Positions 7,770 to 16,378 of a stretch of DNA of 39,763 bases are shown here, piece after piece. Below the pieces are notes generated by a model that did no database searches, was not told the DNA's origin, and saw nothing but the letters and a program-made list of their open reading frames with translations. Made by a program: the position numbers and the translations under genes. Origin of the DNA: a virus (taxonomy: Duplodnaviria > Caudoviricetes); IMG/VR virus record IMGVR_UViG_3300037124_000040, positions 1 to 39,763 of that record. One strand, written 5' to 3'. Numbering within the stretch: the stretch's first letter is position 1; each line of letters begins with the position of its first letter.

Positions 7770-8211
7770 AGACTTTTCCAATCAGAAATCTATACCCAAG
7801 GGAATAGTGATCCATAGCGGATCGAGAAGCCCTAACGTCGCAGAATACGTCGAGAAGGAGCCTGATGGGAGGCGAGTCAGTTACCATTTTGCGTGGTCGG
7901 GCAGACGAGGTGAGTTTGTGCAGATGGTCTCCTTGCAAAAACGAGCTTGGCACGCGGGGTCCGAGGGCAACAATTGGATCGGCGTATGCCTACCCGGACC
8001 ATGGGATGGACCTAGGGACCCCGGCCAGAGATGTTTGTTCCGTCAGTTGATTGCTGATTTGACTGAGGAATTCGAGGGACAGCTCCGATACTGGACCCAG
8101 CACAGCGATTTGAATGATAAGAAAAGAGATCCAGGTCCTGGATTCAGTCCTGATTGGATGACCGGACTCGGACTGACATGGTGGGTCCCTGGCATGCCAG
8201 GGATGGAGTGA
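7720..8211 (+). CDS. N-acetylmuramoyl-L-alanine amidase (Amidase_2 family), probable endolysin
   Basis: GIVIHS...VSYHF...QMVSLQKRAWHAG...NNWIGVCL...HSDL...KRDPG zinc amidase motifs. Confidence 0.88.
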   Translation: MKWPKRLNQYVWMPDSRDFSNQKSIPKGIVIHSGSRSPNVAEYVEKEPDGRRVSYHFAWSGRRGEFVQMVSLQKRAWHAGSEGNNWIGVCLPGPWDGPRDPGQRCLFRQLIADLTEEFEGQLRYWTQHSDLNDKKRDPGPGFSPDWMTGLGLTWWVPGMPGME

Positions 8212-8224
8212 TAGGAGAGCTAAC

Positions 8225-8506
8225 ATGTACACACCAAAACCGATCGATACATCTGGTATCAATTTGCCCTTGGGTTTAGCAGAGATTGTTGAAAAACTCG
8301 CGGAAAACAGCCACGACCTCTGGGCTCATGGACGTATCACCGAGGGCTGGACCTATGGCCCAACGCGGGATGACGTGAAAAAGCAGCACCCGGACCTTGT
8401 ACCTTACGCAGATCTCCCAGAATCGGAGAAGGAATACGATCGGAAAGCCTCTGTGGAGACGATCAAAGCGGTCATGGCCTTGGGATACACTGTCCGCTTT
8501 GATTGA
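8225..8506 (+). CDS. Stand-alone RyR (ryanodine receptor repeat) domain protein
   Basis: YTPKPIDTS..LP...EKLAENSHDLWA...GWTYGPTRDD.KKQHPDLVPYADLPESEKEYDR...GY is the RyR domain consensus; SD AGGAG. Confidence 0.92.
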   Translation: MYTPKPIDTSGINLPLGLAEIVEKLAENSHDLWAHGRITEGWTYGPTRDDVKKQHPDLVPYADLPESEKEYDRKASVETIKAVMALGYTVRFD

Positions 8507-8528
8507 TTAACGACAGGAGGGCTGAGTC

Positions 8529-8786
8529 ATGAAAAACCTATTGGCAAGATTTTTTCCAGTACTATCGCAACCGACTCTCACACTCGATGAGATAGCCGGA
8601 AAGCCTTATCATTTCCAGATATTGGAATACGGACGCTGGATGAGGAGCAAGATTCAATTGTCTATGCGAATGGGGATAGACCTAGATGTAATGATCTTGG
8701 TTTTTGAAGGGGCGTTGGATGCACTCTTGCGAGCAAGGCATGCCGCAGATCCAAATCGATCGCTAAAGGAGTACTATTTGCGGTGA
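8529..8786 (+). CDS. Hypothetical protein
   Basis: SD AGGAGG; last plus-strand gene, overlaps convergent gene by 13 nt. Confidence 0.6.
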   Translation: MKNLLARFFPVLSQPTLTLDEIAGKPYHFQILEYGRWMRSKIQLSMRMGIDLDVMILVFEGALDALLRARHAADPNRSLKEYYLR

Positions 8787-9052
8787 TCGAGGCTTTTTGG
8801 CGGGAGCCTTTCTCGCAAAAGAGTTTCAATTGCTGTTAGCCGTTTCTCTATTGTTATCAGCGACTTTTGAAGAGTTTCACGTGAAACATATCGAATGATC
8901 CCAGGGTGAGCCCGCTCAATAGACCTCTCCTCATGCCGGCTGACGTCCCCATATCTGGCAAGGGCAATTGCTCCGGACCCCACCATAGATATCGCCGCTG
9001 CCAATGCAATAAGCCTTCCGAGAGTGATTTTGATTTCCTTAATCTTTTCCAT
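8774..9052 (-). CDS. Small membrane protein, holin candidate
   Basis: One N-terminal hydrophobic helix plus coiled-coil tail (LITIEKRLTAIETLL); end of virion operon. Confidence 0.5.
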   Translation of the reverse strand: MEKIKEIKITLGRLIALAAAISMVGSGAIALARYGDVSRHEERSIERAHPGIIRYVSRETLQKSLITIEKRLTAIETLLRERLPPKSLDHRK

Positions 9053-9056
9053 GATT

Positions 9057-11015
9057 TCACCCGGAAATTATATTATATCGAGCAAGAGCGACATCACCTT
9101 GGAGATGAGTGTCAAGCCAGTCTGGCTCTTCCCACCCTGCTGCCCATGCGATTTTCGCCGTTTCTTGCTTGTTGCTCCACGCCCCACCGCCTCCAATGCT
9201 GAGCCTCCCATTGTATAATTGACCAGCGATGCAGAGACCGATCCCACCAGCTACTCCATTCACATATGCCTGTATAAATCCACCCCGATGGCCAACAAGC
9301 ATAATATGGTAAAAATTACCAGGGGTTAGCGTCCCTATCACAATATCTGAGCCTCCCACACCTGACACCGAGTGGTAGAATCGGTAGGATGTGGATCCAG
9401 GAGGGGCATAAAGTGAAAATCTATTAGGGGCAGAGGAATAATAATTGGAGATCGGGTATTTTTCTCGCACAACTGCCTCTCCTGCCTCTATACCTAGCTC
9501 GATCACAAAATCTCCGGAGCCAAATACTGTTGACCCAGACGTGATCGCGTAATGGTCTCCCTCGTTGATTCTGACAGCCTGTCGAGCACCATTTAAGACA
9601 TCGACATCTTGGTTCAAAAATACAGAATCTCCAGCCTCATATGCTGGCATGTCCGAACCGTAGGACGCGGTGAGTTGAGCATTCGTAGCGAGCAACCCTC
9701 TATAGAGGAATGAGGGTGACACAGATTTTCCATTTATTTCCAGGTTGCTGGGCAATGCGTCAAACCCAGCGACTACTTTTGATGACCGATGGGCTGATGG
9801 GATTCTCCACGGAATCCTGTTAAATTTATCACCCATTTGAATATCGCCGATGATCCCATCACAGGGATGCAGCTCAAGACGATCGAGACCGTCTGGAATC
9901 GTCACCACATGATCGCTCCCCTCCAGATCGTCATCAACGACTAGAGACAAATCATTTGGTTTCCACGTGATATACCATGAGTGACTTTTTCCATCGACAG
10001 CCGCCGTCGACCCTGTCACTAGACCACTGTCTCCACCCGTAGCAGCTGACTGCAGCTCGAGAACTCCTCCTGTCGTTGCCACCAGTCGAATCCGGTCAGC
10101 TGCAGCTCCTCCATCTGACAGCGTCAGGATGGGTATTTCGGCTGCTGGGGTATGAGACGGAATCATTATCTTCCCGGCTATCCAACCCTCCATCTGGTCT
10201 GGTAGCGGAGCATCGACCTGCCAGGTGCTATCAGCTATCCGCGTGGCTGCGCTACCAGCCGTGACGATTAGGGATGATGGATAAGATCCACTCTCAAATT
10301 GGACGCCGTATGCGTATATGGCGTCTTGATCTATCCCCGTGTATGACACATTCCCCGCGTCATCAAGCGGCAAAACGTGACACCATTGACCACCGGCAGA
10401 AATAGTCTGTACGTGCCAGCATCGCCAGTATCCATTTCCCCAGTATCTGAGATTTGCGTCAGTAATTCCACCACTTTGCGCGTGTACCTCTCCCGTTGAG
10501 AGGTTGAAATCTGCATACTCAGCGGAGGTCCCGAGCCTTACCAAATGTCTATTGAGGATCTTCAAAAAGCAGGAAAGGACTACATCTCCCGCGGAAAATG
10601 ATGATGCGAGTTGACTAATCCCATGCTGCCCTGTCGATGTGTCCTCATGGATCACATCGTAGCTAGAAGATCCGCCAGTCGGCAAAATATCTGCGACGTC
10701 AGTGATGGCCGCGCCGGTTTTAGTCCATACTACATCTGAGATTGCAGTATTTCTTAAAACCCTATTTATGCGCTCATTTTCCAGGTGTGGCCCACGGATC
10801 CATATCCCATTTTCGTCCTGAACCCATCCACATCTGCATACATTGGCGCTGACTTCCCTGATTCGCCTGACATTGACGTTCCCCCACGACGTGGCAGGAT
10901 AGTCCTCCCAAGCCGTATAAGCCCTAGAAAACGTTGACGATTTGTCAGCTAGGCTATAAACAGCGTTTTGAGATCTAAGGAGATCTGTCGCTAGAACGAC
11001 TTGGCCCTGTCTCAT
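9057..11015 (-). CDS. Virion fibre/spike protein with LamG/concanavalin-like domains
   Basis: GNGYWRCW...YGVQFESGSYPSSLIVTAGSAATRIAD spike-type motif; C-terminal FYHIMLV...AYVNGV LamG-like strands; position. Confidence 0.7.
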   Translation of the reverse strand: MRQGQVVLATDLLRSQNAVYSLADKSSTFSRAYTAWEDYPATSWGNVNVRRIREVSANVCRCGWVQDENGIWIRGPHLENERINRVLRNTAISDVVWTKTGAAITDVADILPTGGSSSYDVIHEDTSTGQHGISQLASSFSAGDVVLSCFLKILNRHLVRLGTSAEYADFNLSTGEVHAQSGGITDANLRYWGNGYWRCWHVQTISAGGQWCHVLPLDDAGNVSYTGIDQDAIYAYGVQFESGSYPSSLIVTAGSAATRIADSTWQVDAPLPDQMEGWIAGKIMIPSHTPAAEIPILTLSDGGAAADRIRLVATTGGVLELQSAATGGDSGLVTGSTAAVDGKSHSWYITWKPNDLSLVVDDDLEGSDHVVTIPDGLDRLELHPCDGIIGDIQMGDKFNRIPWRIPSAHRSSKVVAGFDALPSNLEINGKSVSPSFLYRGLLATNAQLTASYGSDMPAYEAGDSVFLNQDVDVLNGARQAVRINEGDHYAITSGSTVFGSGDFVIELGIEAGEAVVREKYPISNYYSSAPNRFSLYAPPGSTSYRFYHSVSGVGGSDIVIGTLTPGNFYHIMLVGHRGGFIQAYVNGVAGGIGLCIAGQLYNGRLSIGGGGAWSNKQETAKIAWAAGWEEPDWLDTHLQGDVALARYNIISG

Positions 11016-11350
11016 TTTTTCACTTTTACACGAAAAGTGGCAGTTTCTCCGCTGCCACCACTGCTCTGATCGTAATAAATCTGCAGAAATGGAAAACAGA
11101 AATCTACAATCTCGACCAGTTCAGCGACAACATTCCCTGCAGTGAATGAAACCGTCGGAATATCAAGAGCTTTTGGAGTCCTTGCAGTGTCCAGACACGC
11201 TCTAAAATAGAGCGTACCTACATGGGTCGGTGTCCCCGCTGGACCGTCTACCTCAATTCCGATACGAGTGAACTTATCCACTTCGATCAAATCAGTGCCT
11301 CCGTCGGCGCTGAGATCGAGAGTAAAAAGGGTCTCTCTTGATATAGCCAT
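11012..11350 (-). CDS. Small beta-rich virion protein
   Basis: Operon position, composition. Confidence 0.55.
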   Translation of the reverse strand: MAISRETLFTLDLSADGGTDLIEVDKFTRIGIEVDGPAGTPTHVGTLYFRACLDTARTPKALDIPTVSFTAGNVVAELVEIVDFCFPFLQIYYDQSSGGSGETATFRVKVKK

Positions 11351-11351
11351 T

Positions 11352-13772
11352 TTATCCTCCTCTTACGCGCTGCATTGTCGTCTGATGTCCCTCACTGACC
11401 CTCAGTGCGCGTCCTCGTGGCGGAGGGGACTTTTTTTCTCTGCGAGCTCGATGCATCAATTGCATCCTGGCAACTGCAGTAGGATCATACATTTGTGGCG
11501 CAGCTGAACTATCTCCGAGGAGCGTCGCTATCTGCTCAGCCTGCTTCGTTGTAAATTTCAGTCCGTTCGCTCGTGCTTGCTCAACTGCTGCTCGGGCAAT
11601 GCTCCTCAGCTGTTGGAGAGCCCTAGGGTAAACTTTCTCCCAAGCTGTAACTTGATCTTTATGGAGTCTCTGCTCCGCGAATGATTCCAAAAGAGTCTGT
11701 GGATCTGACACGGCCCTGATACTCCGGAGCCTACGTCCACGGTCCGCCTCGTGCTCCGGAGTTTCCCTGCCTGATGGGACTCGCTGATCTTTCGCCTTGG
11801 CGTGACCGGCCATGTGCTCGAGAGCACTCATTGTGTAGGCTACTGCAGAGCTCGCGACATGTTGCGGCAGCTCCTCGGGCATCGATAGCCGCAATGCTGT
11901 TTCGACTTCCTGTGGATCTGTGTCAGCAAGCTCGGTCACCCATTTATCGAGATAGTCGTTTGTTAGCAGTTTCTGGGCACCTACGCTAGCTCCGGGAACA
12001 ATTTTCTTCGTCAAGATGTCGGCGATCTTGGTCAGCGGTTCTTTGACGGAGTGGATTCCAATCCCAATCGCAGCCCCAGTTAGTCCTCCAGTTGCTAGCC
12101 CTTGCATTGCCATTTCTGGAGCAACCGCCAGCGTGCCAATTGCCGTGCCAACACCGTGCCCTGCAATCTCAGATGCGAGATGCCCACGATGGGTAGTCGC
12201 GAGCTGCTCCTTTGCGACCTCAGCTGTCCTTTCCGTGGCTTTGACGGCTTCTTTTGCAGCTGGTTTTACACGGTCCTTGATCTTCTGCCACGAGACTTTT
12301 CCACCGGTAGCGGAAATCCTCTCGGCTACCTGGGCAGTTGCAGTCTCAGATACCTCCTCAATGACCTGTGGTGATGGCCTGATCCTCTCTTTTGCCTTCC
12401 GAACGACATCTCCAAGGGGCGTTTTTGCCAGCTTTTCTGCCGCGGCCTCGGCGGGTTTTAGTTTGCGTTTAACCTTGCTCCAAATGCCCTTCAGGCTAGC
12501 CTCTACGAGAGAATCCGGGACGTCCTTAACAGGCCGTTCGATGGCTTCCGCGATGACTGGCCTGACTTTTTCCTTTATCTTCCCGAGGGTTGACCCAACA
12601 GGAATCGCTGCAATCCTTTCCGATGCAGCGCTCGTGGCTTTTTTTACGATCCTCGTGGCAGCCTTCTGGGCAGCATCTACTGCAATTTTCTGCAGAGGCT
12701 GCATTGTGGGCTTATCCACCGTGTGCTTCAGGATGTTCGCCGCGGGCTTGGCTACCTTCTCGATCGTCTTCCAGACGTCCTTTACTTTTCCGCCGATAGG
12801 AGTCAGGGATTTCGAAATCCCCTTTAATGCTGTTGGTGCTACGACGAGTCCTAATAGCCCTCCCGTAATCCCTCCATCGATGGCATGCCCTATGCCATAT
12901 GCCAGTGCGCGCGATGTGATGCGTTTCACGATCTCGCCATGCCTGGCACTAAGATCTGTGCTCACCGTTGCAAGGCGTGTCTCAGCAGCTTCAATAGCCT
13001 CAGCCGACGCTCCTGATGCCCTCAAATTTTCTAGCTCTGCTGTAACTCTGGTCCGCTCGGCTTTCAATTTTGCAACGGCATTGACATCGACCATGAACTT
13101 AGCCTTGGCCTTAGCTGTAGCCAGCCCGACCCCTCCGCCAACGAGACCAATCCCCGCGCCTAATGCAGCCCCTTTTCCAACAGCCCCTGTGATCTCTGCA
13201 GTTGCCTCAGCTAGGGACATTCTCTCCGGTGATAGGTATACCTCCGACACACCCGTACCCAGCCCCATAGCGGCACCTATCGTTGCCTCACGAGCTGCTA
13301 TTCCAGCGAGCTTTGGGATAGCTGATGTTGCAGTTCGTCCCGTTGCTCGTGCTGCCATCCCAGCAGCTCCAGCCCCCAGCCGAGCACCTCCCTTTGCTGC
13401 CATTCCGAGCGGACCACCCGGAATCAGAAGGGAACCTACAGTCCCTATGACTTCACCCCCAGCAGATGCCATGGGACTGTATTTTTTCAGAAGACGGAGC
13501 TCCTCTGGGGATGCTATCCCGGCTGCCGATAGCAGAGGGTCGCTCAGACCCAGCGTCAGAGCTCGGGCTCCACCTGTGAGCCCAGCGGCGATTCCTGCAC
13601 CAATAGTGGAATATTCTTTTTCCTCTGTAAAAAGGCGAGCCTCGTCCTTAGACGCCGGAGTGAATCCAGCTGCTAGGGCCTCTCCGATTGCATCGCTGGA
13701 GACCTCAACCGTCTCCCCAGTCTGGGGATCGATGAGGAAGGCATTCCCCTCTTGTGTGAGGACCTTCGGCAT
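11352..13772 (-). CDS. Probable internal virion/DNA ejection protein
   Basis: 806 aa Ala/Gly-rich with glycine-zipper-like hydrophobic segments (GGARALTLGLSD); follows nozzle gene. Confidence 0.65.
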   Translation of the reverse strand: MPKVLTQEGNAFLIDPQTGETVEVSSDAIGEALAAGFTPASKDEARLFTEEKEYSTIGAGIAAGLTGGARALTLGLSDPLLSAAGIASPEELRLLKKYSPMASAGGEVIGTVGSLLIPGGPLGMAAKGGARLGAGAAGMAARATGRTATSAIPKLAGIAAREATIGAAMGLGTGVSEVYLSPERMSLAEATAEITGAVGKGAALGAGIGLVGGGVGLATAKAKAKFMVDVNAVAKLKAERTRVTAELENLRASGASAEAIEAAETRLATVSTDLSARHGEIVKRITSRALAYGIGHAIDGGITGGLLGLVVAPTALKGISKSLTPIGGKVKDVWKTIEKVAKPAANILKHTVDKPTMQPLQKIAVDAAQKAATRIVKKATSAASERIAAIPVGSTLGKIKEKVRPVIAEAIERPVKDVPDSLVEASLKGIWSKVKRKLKPAEAAAEKLAKTPLGDVVRKAKERIRPSPQVIEEVSETATAQVAERISATGGKVSWQKIKDRVKPAAKEAVKATERTAEVAKEQLATTHRGHLASEIAGHGVGTAIGTLAVAPEMAMQGLATGGLTGAAIGIGIHSVKEPLTKIADILTKKIVPGASVGAQKLLTNDYLDKWVTELADTDPQEVETALRLSMPEELPQHVASSAVAYTMSALEHMAGHAKAKDQRVPSGRETPEHEADRGRRLRSIRAVSDPQTLLESFAEQRLHKDQVTAWEKVYPRALQQLRSIARAAVEQARANGLKFTTKQAEQIATLLGDSSAAPQMYDPTAVARMQLMHRARREKKSPPPRGRALRVSEGHQTTMQRVRGG

Positions 13773-15428
13773 TTACTTGCTCTTTTTTCCCTTTCGTCCC
13801 GGGTAAATGGGCTGCTGGACTTGCATTTTCCCATACTTCATCCCATATAGAACTCGCTGTCTGAGCCTTCGCTGGAGTTCATCCTTGTAATAGGGTAGTA
13901 CGTTGTATTTTTTACCGTAAATCTGGAGCATGGATGCCATCTCATCGTCAGCCTCGTGCATGAGATCTTTGAGTCGCTTTTTTACGTCCCGATCAGACGA
14001 AAATGGCCTCGCAATATGCGTCTTGAATGATTGGATCATCTCGGTGGAAGCTCCAGTGCCCACTAGCTTTCTCGCTAGGCTCTCGGAGACCCTCTCTTGG
14101 ATCTTTTGCACTCTGTCAGCTGCCTCGCCAGTCCATGCGGTCACTCCTCCAGGGACCTTCAATTTTTTATAGGCGCTGTAAAACTGGTCGAGATGTTTCC
14201 GGAAGACATCTGTGGTCTCGACTTTTTTCAAGATCGCATCAGGAGGCGGATCTAGATTTTTGGTCGCTTCTGGTGGCCGTGTCAACGGAACTTTTCGAGT
14301 CTGCACCCGAGAAGTGGTGACTTTTTCTGAGAATGCTGCGACACGCTCTTGGTGCATTTTTTCAGCGACTTGCTGCCTGAGGGCCAGCTGGAGCTTTCTC
14401 GCGTTGGCCTTCACCAACCCCGGAGCTGCGCTCTGCTCCACCCGCGTAAGCTTCAGCTGAAGATCTTTGGTGAGCAAATTCCTCAGTGTGGACTCAGATT
14501 CCTCCATGCTTCCTAAGCGCTTATACAGGTGACCGAGCATGTTTTCGTGCCCTTTGATTGCTCCTTTTTTGCGCTCTAGAGTCTCTCGTTGGAGAGCAAT
14601 GTCCTGTTCCATCTGGCGATTGAGCAGCTTCAGCCCGACGTTTTCAGTCTTCCCCCTGCTCAGGATCTGGGCCACTCCACCAAGCGCAAGCACGAGCCCG
14701 TGCGCAATTTTGTCGCTCGTCTCTAGATTATTCCAGTATCTCCGTGGGTCTATTTTCGCGTTTTCGACCTCCCGCATCGCAGTATCAATGCGCTGCTCTC
14801 GCGCAACAATTCCTTGTTGCACTTGCTGCATCTCACGGTCGACAGTTTTTCTGCGCTCGGCTTCTTTTTCCAGGTGCTGAGCGATCAGATCTGCCTTTTC
14901 CTCCTCAGTTTGCGCCTTTTCCAGGCCTATTTTTTCCTCAATCCCAGCCAATTCTTCCGTCGCAGCTGTCGTTGCTTCGAGATACGGCTGATCGACGGGT
15001 CGACCATGCCGTGTCTGAGTCGTCGTCAGACGCTCCGTAGCCGTCCCATATTGAGGCTCTTGAGGAGTGGGGGCGACTCCGGCTGGAATCCCCAATCCCA
15101 TGAATTGTTGCTGAGTTGGCGCCGGAACATCGACCTCTTGAAAGGCCTGTCCCTGTGAAGCTCGAGCTGCAGCAGGAGGTGCCGCGTGCGTGCGTCGCTG
15201 GGCCTCCATCTGCTGACGAGCCCTGATCGGGTCGAACCCAGCGGCAGCTGCACCTAGTCGTTGATACTCTGGGGAGAGCCCCGGAGATGGGAGTGGTGGC
15301 GCGACAGCTGGAACTTGGGGTGCAGGCGGCGTAAATTCCGCTGGTGCTGGAACCCTGGGTTGGAGAGCTGTCTGCGGATCTAGCAGCGGAGCCTGTGCAA
15401 GCCCTTTATATCTTTCAGGAAACGGCAT
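13773..15428 (-). CDS. Probable internal virion/ejection protein (coiled coil)
   Basis: 551 aa, Pro-rich N-terminus, helical Q/E/K-rich body; position. Confidence 0.6.
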   Translation of the reverse strand: MPFPERYKGLAQAPLLDPQTALQPRVPAPAEFTPPAPQVPAVAPPLPSPGLSPEYQRLGAAAAGFDPIRARQQMEAQRRTHAAPPAAARASQGQAFQEVDVPAPTQQQFMGLGIPAGVAPTPQEPQYGTATERLTTTQTRHGRPVDQPYLEATTAATEELAGIEEKIGLEKAQTEEEKADLIAQHLEKEAERRKTVDREMQQVQQGIVAREQRIDTAMREVENAKIDPRRYWNNLETSDKIAHGLVLALGGVAQILSRGKTENVGLKLLNRQMEQDIALQRETLERKKGAIKGHENMLGHLYKRLGSMEESESTLRNLLTKDLQLKLTRVEQSAAPGLVKANARKLQLALRQQVAEKMHQERVAAFSEKVTTSRVQTRKVPLTRPPEATKNLDPPPDAILKKVETTDVFRKHLDQFYSAYKKLKVPGGVTAWTGEAADRVQKIQERVSESLARKLVGTGASTEMIQSFKTHIARPFSSDRDVKKRLKDLMHEADDEMASMLQIYGKKYNVLPYYKDELQRRLRQRVLYGMKYGKMQVQQPIYPGRKGKKSK

Positions 15429-15437
15429 TCCTCTCTC

Positions 15438-16376
15438 CTATACATATCCAACGCCACCAACATAGCGTCCACGTGGTTGATTCGGGTCTTCCTGATAGTA
15501 TCCAGTCTTATAGCCGGCCTCCTCCTCCTCTTTTTTGCGTCGAGCTTCCTCGGCTGCATCAGCCTCTCGACGGACTCTCATCTCCTCAGGGGTAAATGCC
15601 CAACTTTCGCCCATTTTCCGCGTCGCCGCGAGTCGAGGATCTTCCATCCGTTCCCGCATCTCATCCGGACTGATATTCATACTGGCTTTCAGCAACATTT
15701 GTTCATAATTTTGACGGGCCTGTAACATTGACATCCGCTCAGATTGGCCTGCCCCCAGGTATTGAGCCTCAGTAGCGGCGGCTAGCTGCTGTTGTTGGAG
15801 GTCGCTAGCGCGCTGCTGTTGGGCAGCCTGCAAAAATGCCTGATGTGCGGCGATACGCTCGGCCTGAGCTGCTTGAGCTGTCTGACCGGCTATGGCTTGC
15901 CCCTGCCCCGACATCGCTAGAAGAGCTGCTCGCTCCAGAGCAGGATCGTACCCGCCAGGAGCACTTGCCGCTTGAGCTGCAATTTGCTGCTGTGCTTGCT
16001 CCATGGCTATCCGACCAGCGCCCATGGCCATGCTCTCCTCACCTCTGACATACGGGAGCATCATCTGCAAGGCCATATCCTCGCGACCTCTGGCTGCTGC
16101 TGCAAGCGCTTGTGCCTTAGCAACATCCTCGGATCGTGCCAGCCCGGCCCAATACTCCCCCATTCCGCCCTCGCCGAAATGTCGACCAGCCTCTAAAAGA
16201 GTCGGAGATTCAGGGGTATATCCGTATTGTGCCTGAGGAGCGGCTTGATCACTCGGAGAGAGTAATCCAATCAGTCCTCCGCCTAACCCTCCCGCAAGTG
16301 CCCACCACGGGCCAAGGGGGGCCATAGATGCTGCGCCGGACATAGCGCCCTGTGCTGCGCCCTGCCAATTTGCCAT
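15438..16376 (-). CDS. Probable ejection/pilot protein
   Basis: N-terminal GAAQGAMSGAAS...LGPWWALAGGLGGGLIGLL glycine zipper, Ala/Gln-rich. Confidence 0.65.
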   Translation of the reverse strand: MANWQGAAQGAMSGAASMAPLGPWWALAGGLGGGLIGLLSPSDQAAPQAQYGYTPESPTLLEAGRHFGEGGMGEYWAGLARSEDVAKAQALAAAARGREDMALQMMLPYVRGEESMAMGAGRIAMEQAQQQIAAQAASAPGGYDPALERAALLAMSGQGQAIAGQTAQAAQAERIAAHQAFLQAAQQQRASDLQQQQLAAATEAQYLGAGQSERMSMLQARQNYEQMLLKASMNISPDEMRERMEDPRLAATRKMGESWAFTPEEMRVRREADAAEEARRKKEEEEAGYKTGYYQEDPNQPRGRYVGGVGYV

Positions 16377-16378
16377 TT

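Noticed and set aside
12016-13806. 596-aa plus-strand ORF
   Set aside because: Antisense shadow of the Ala/Gly-rich 11352..13772 gene; no SD or motifs
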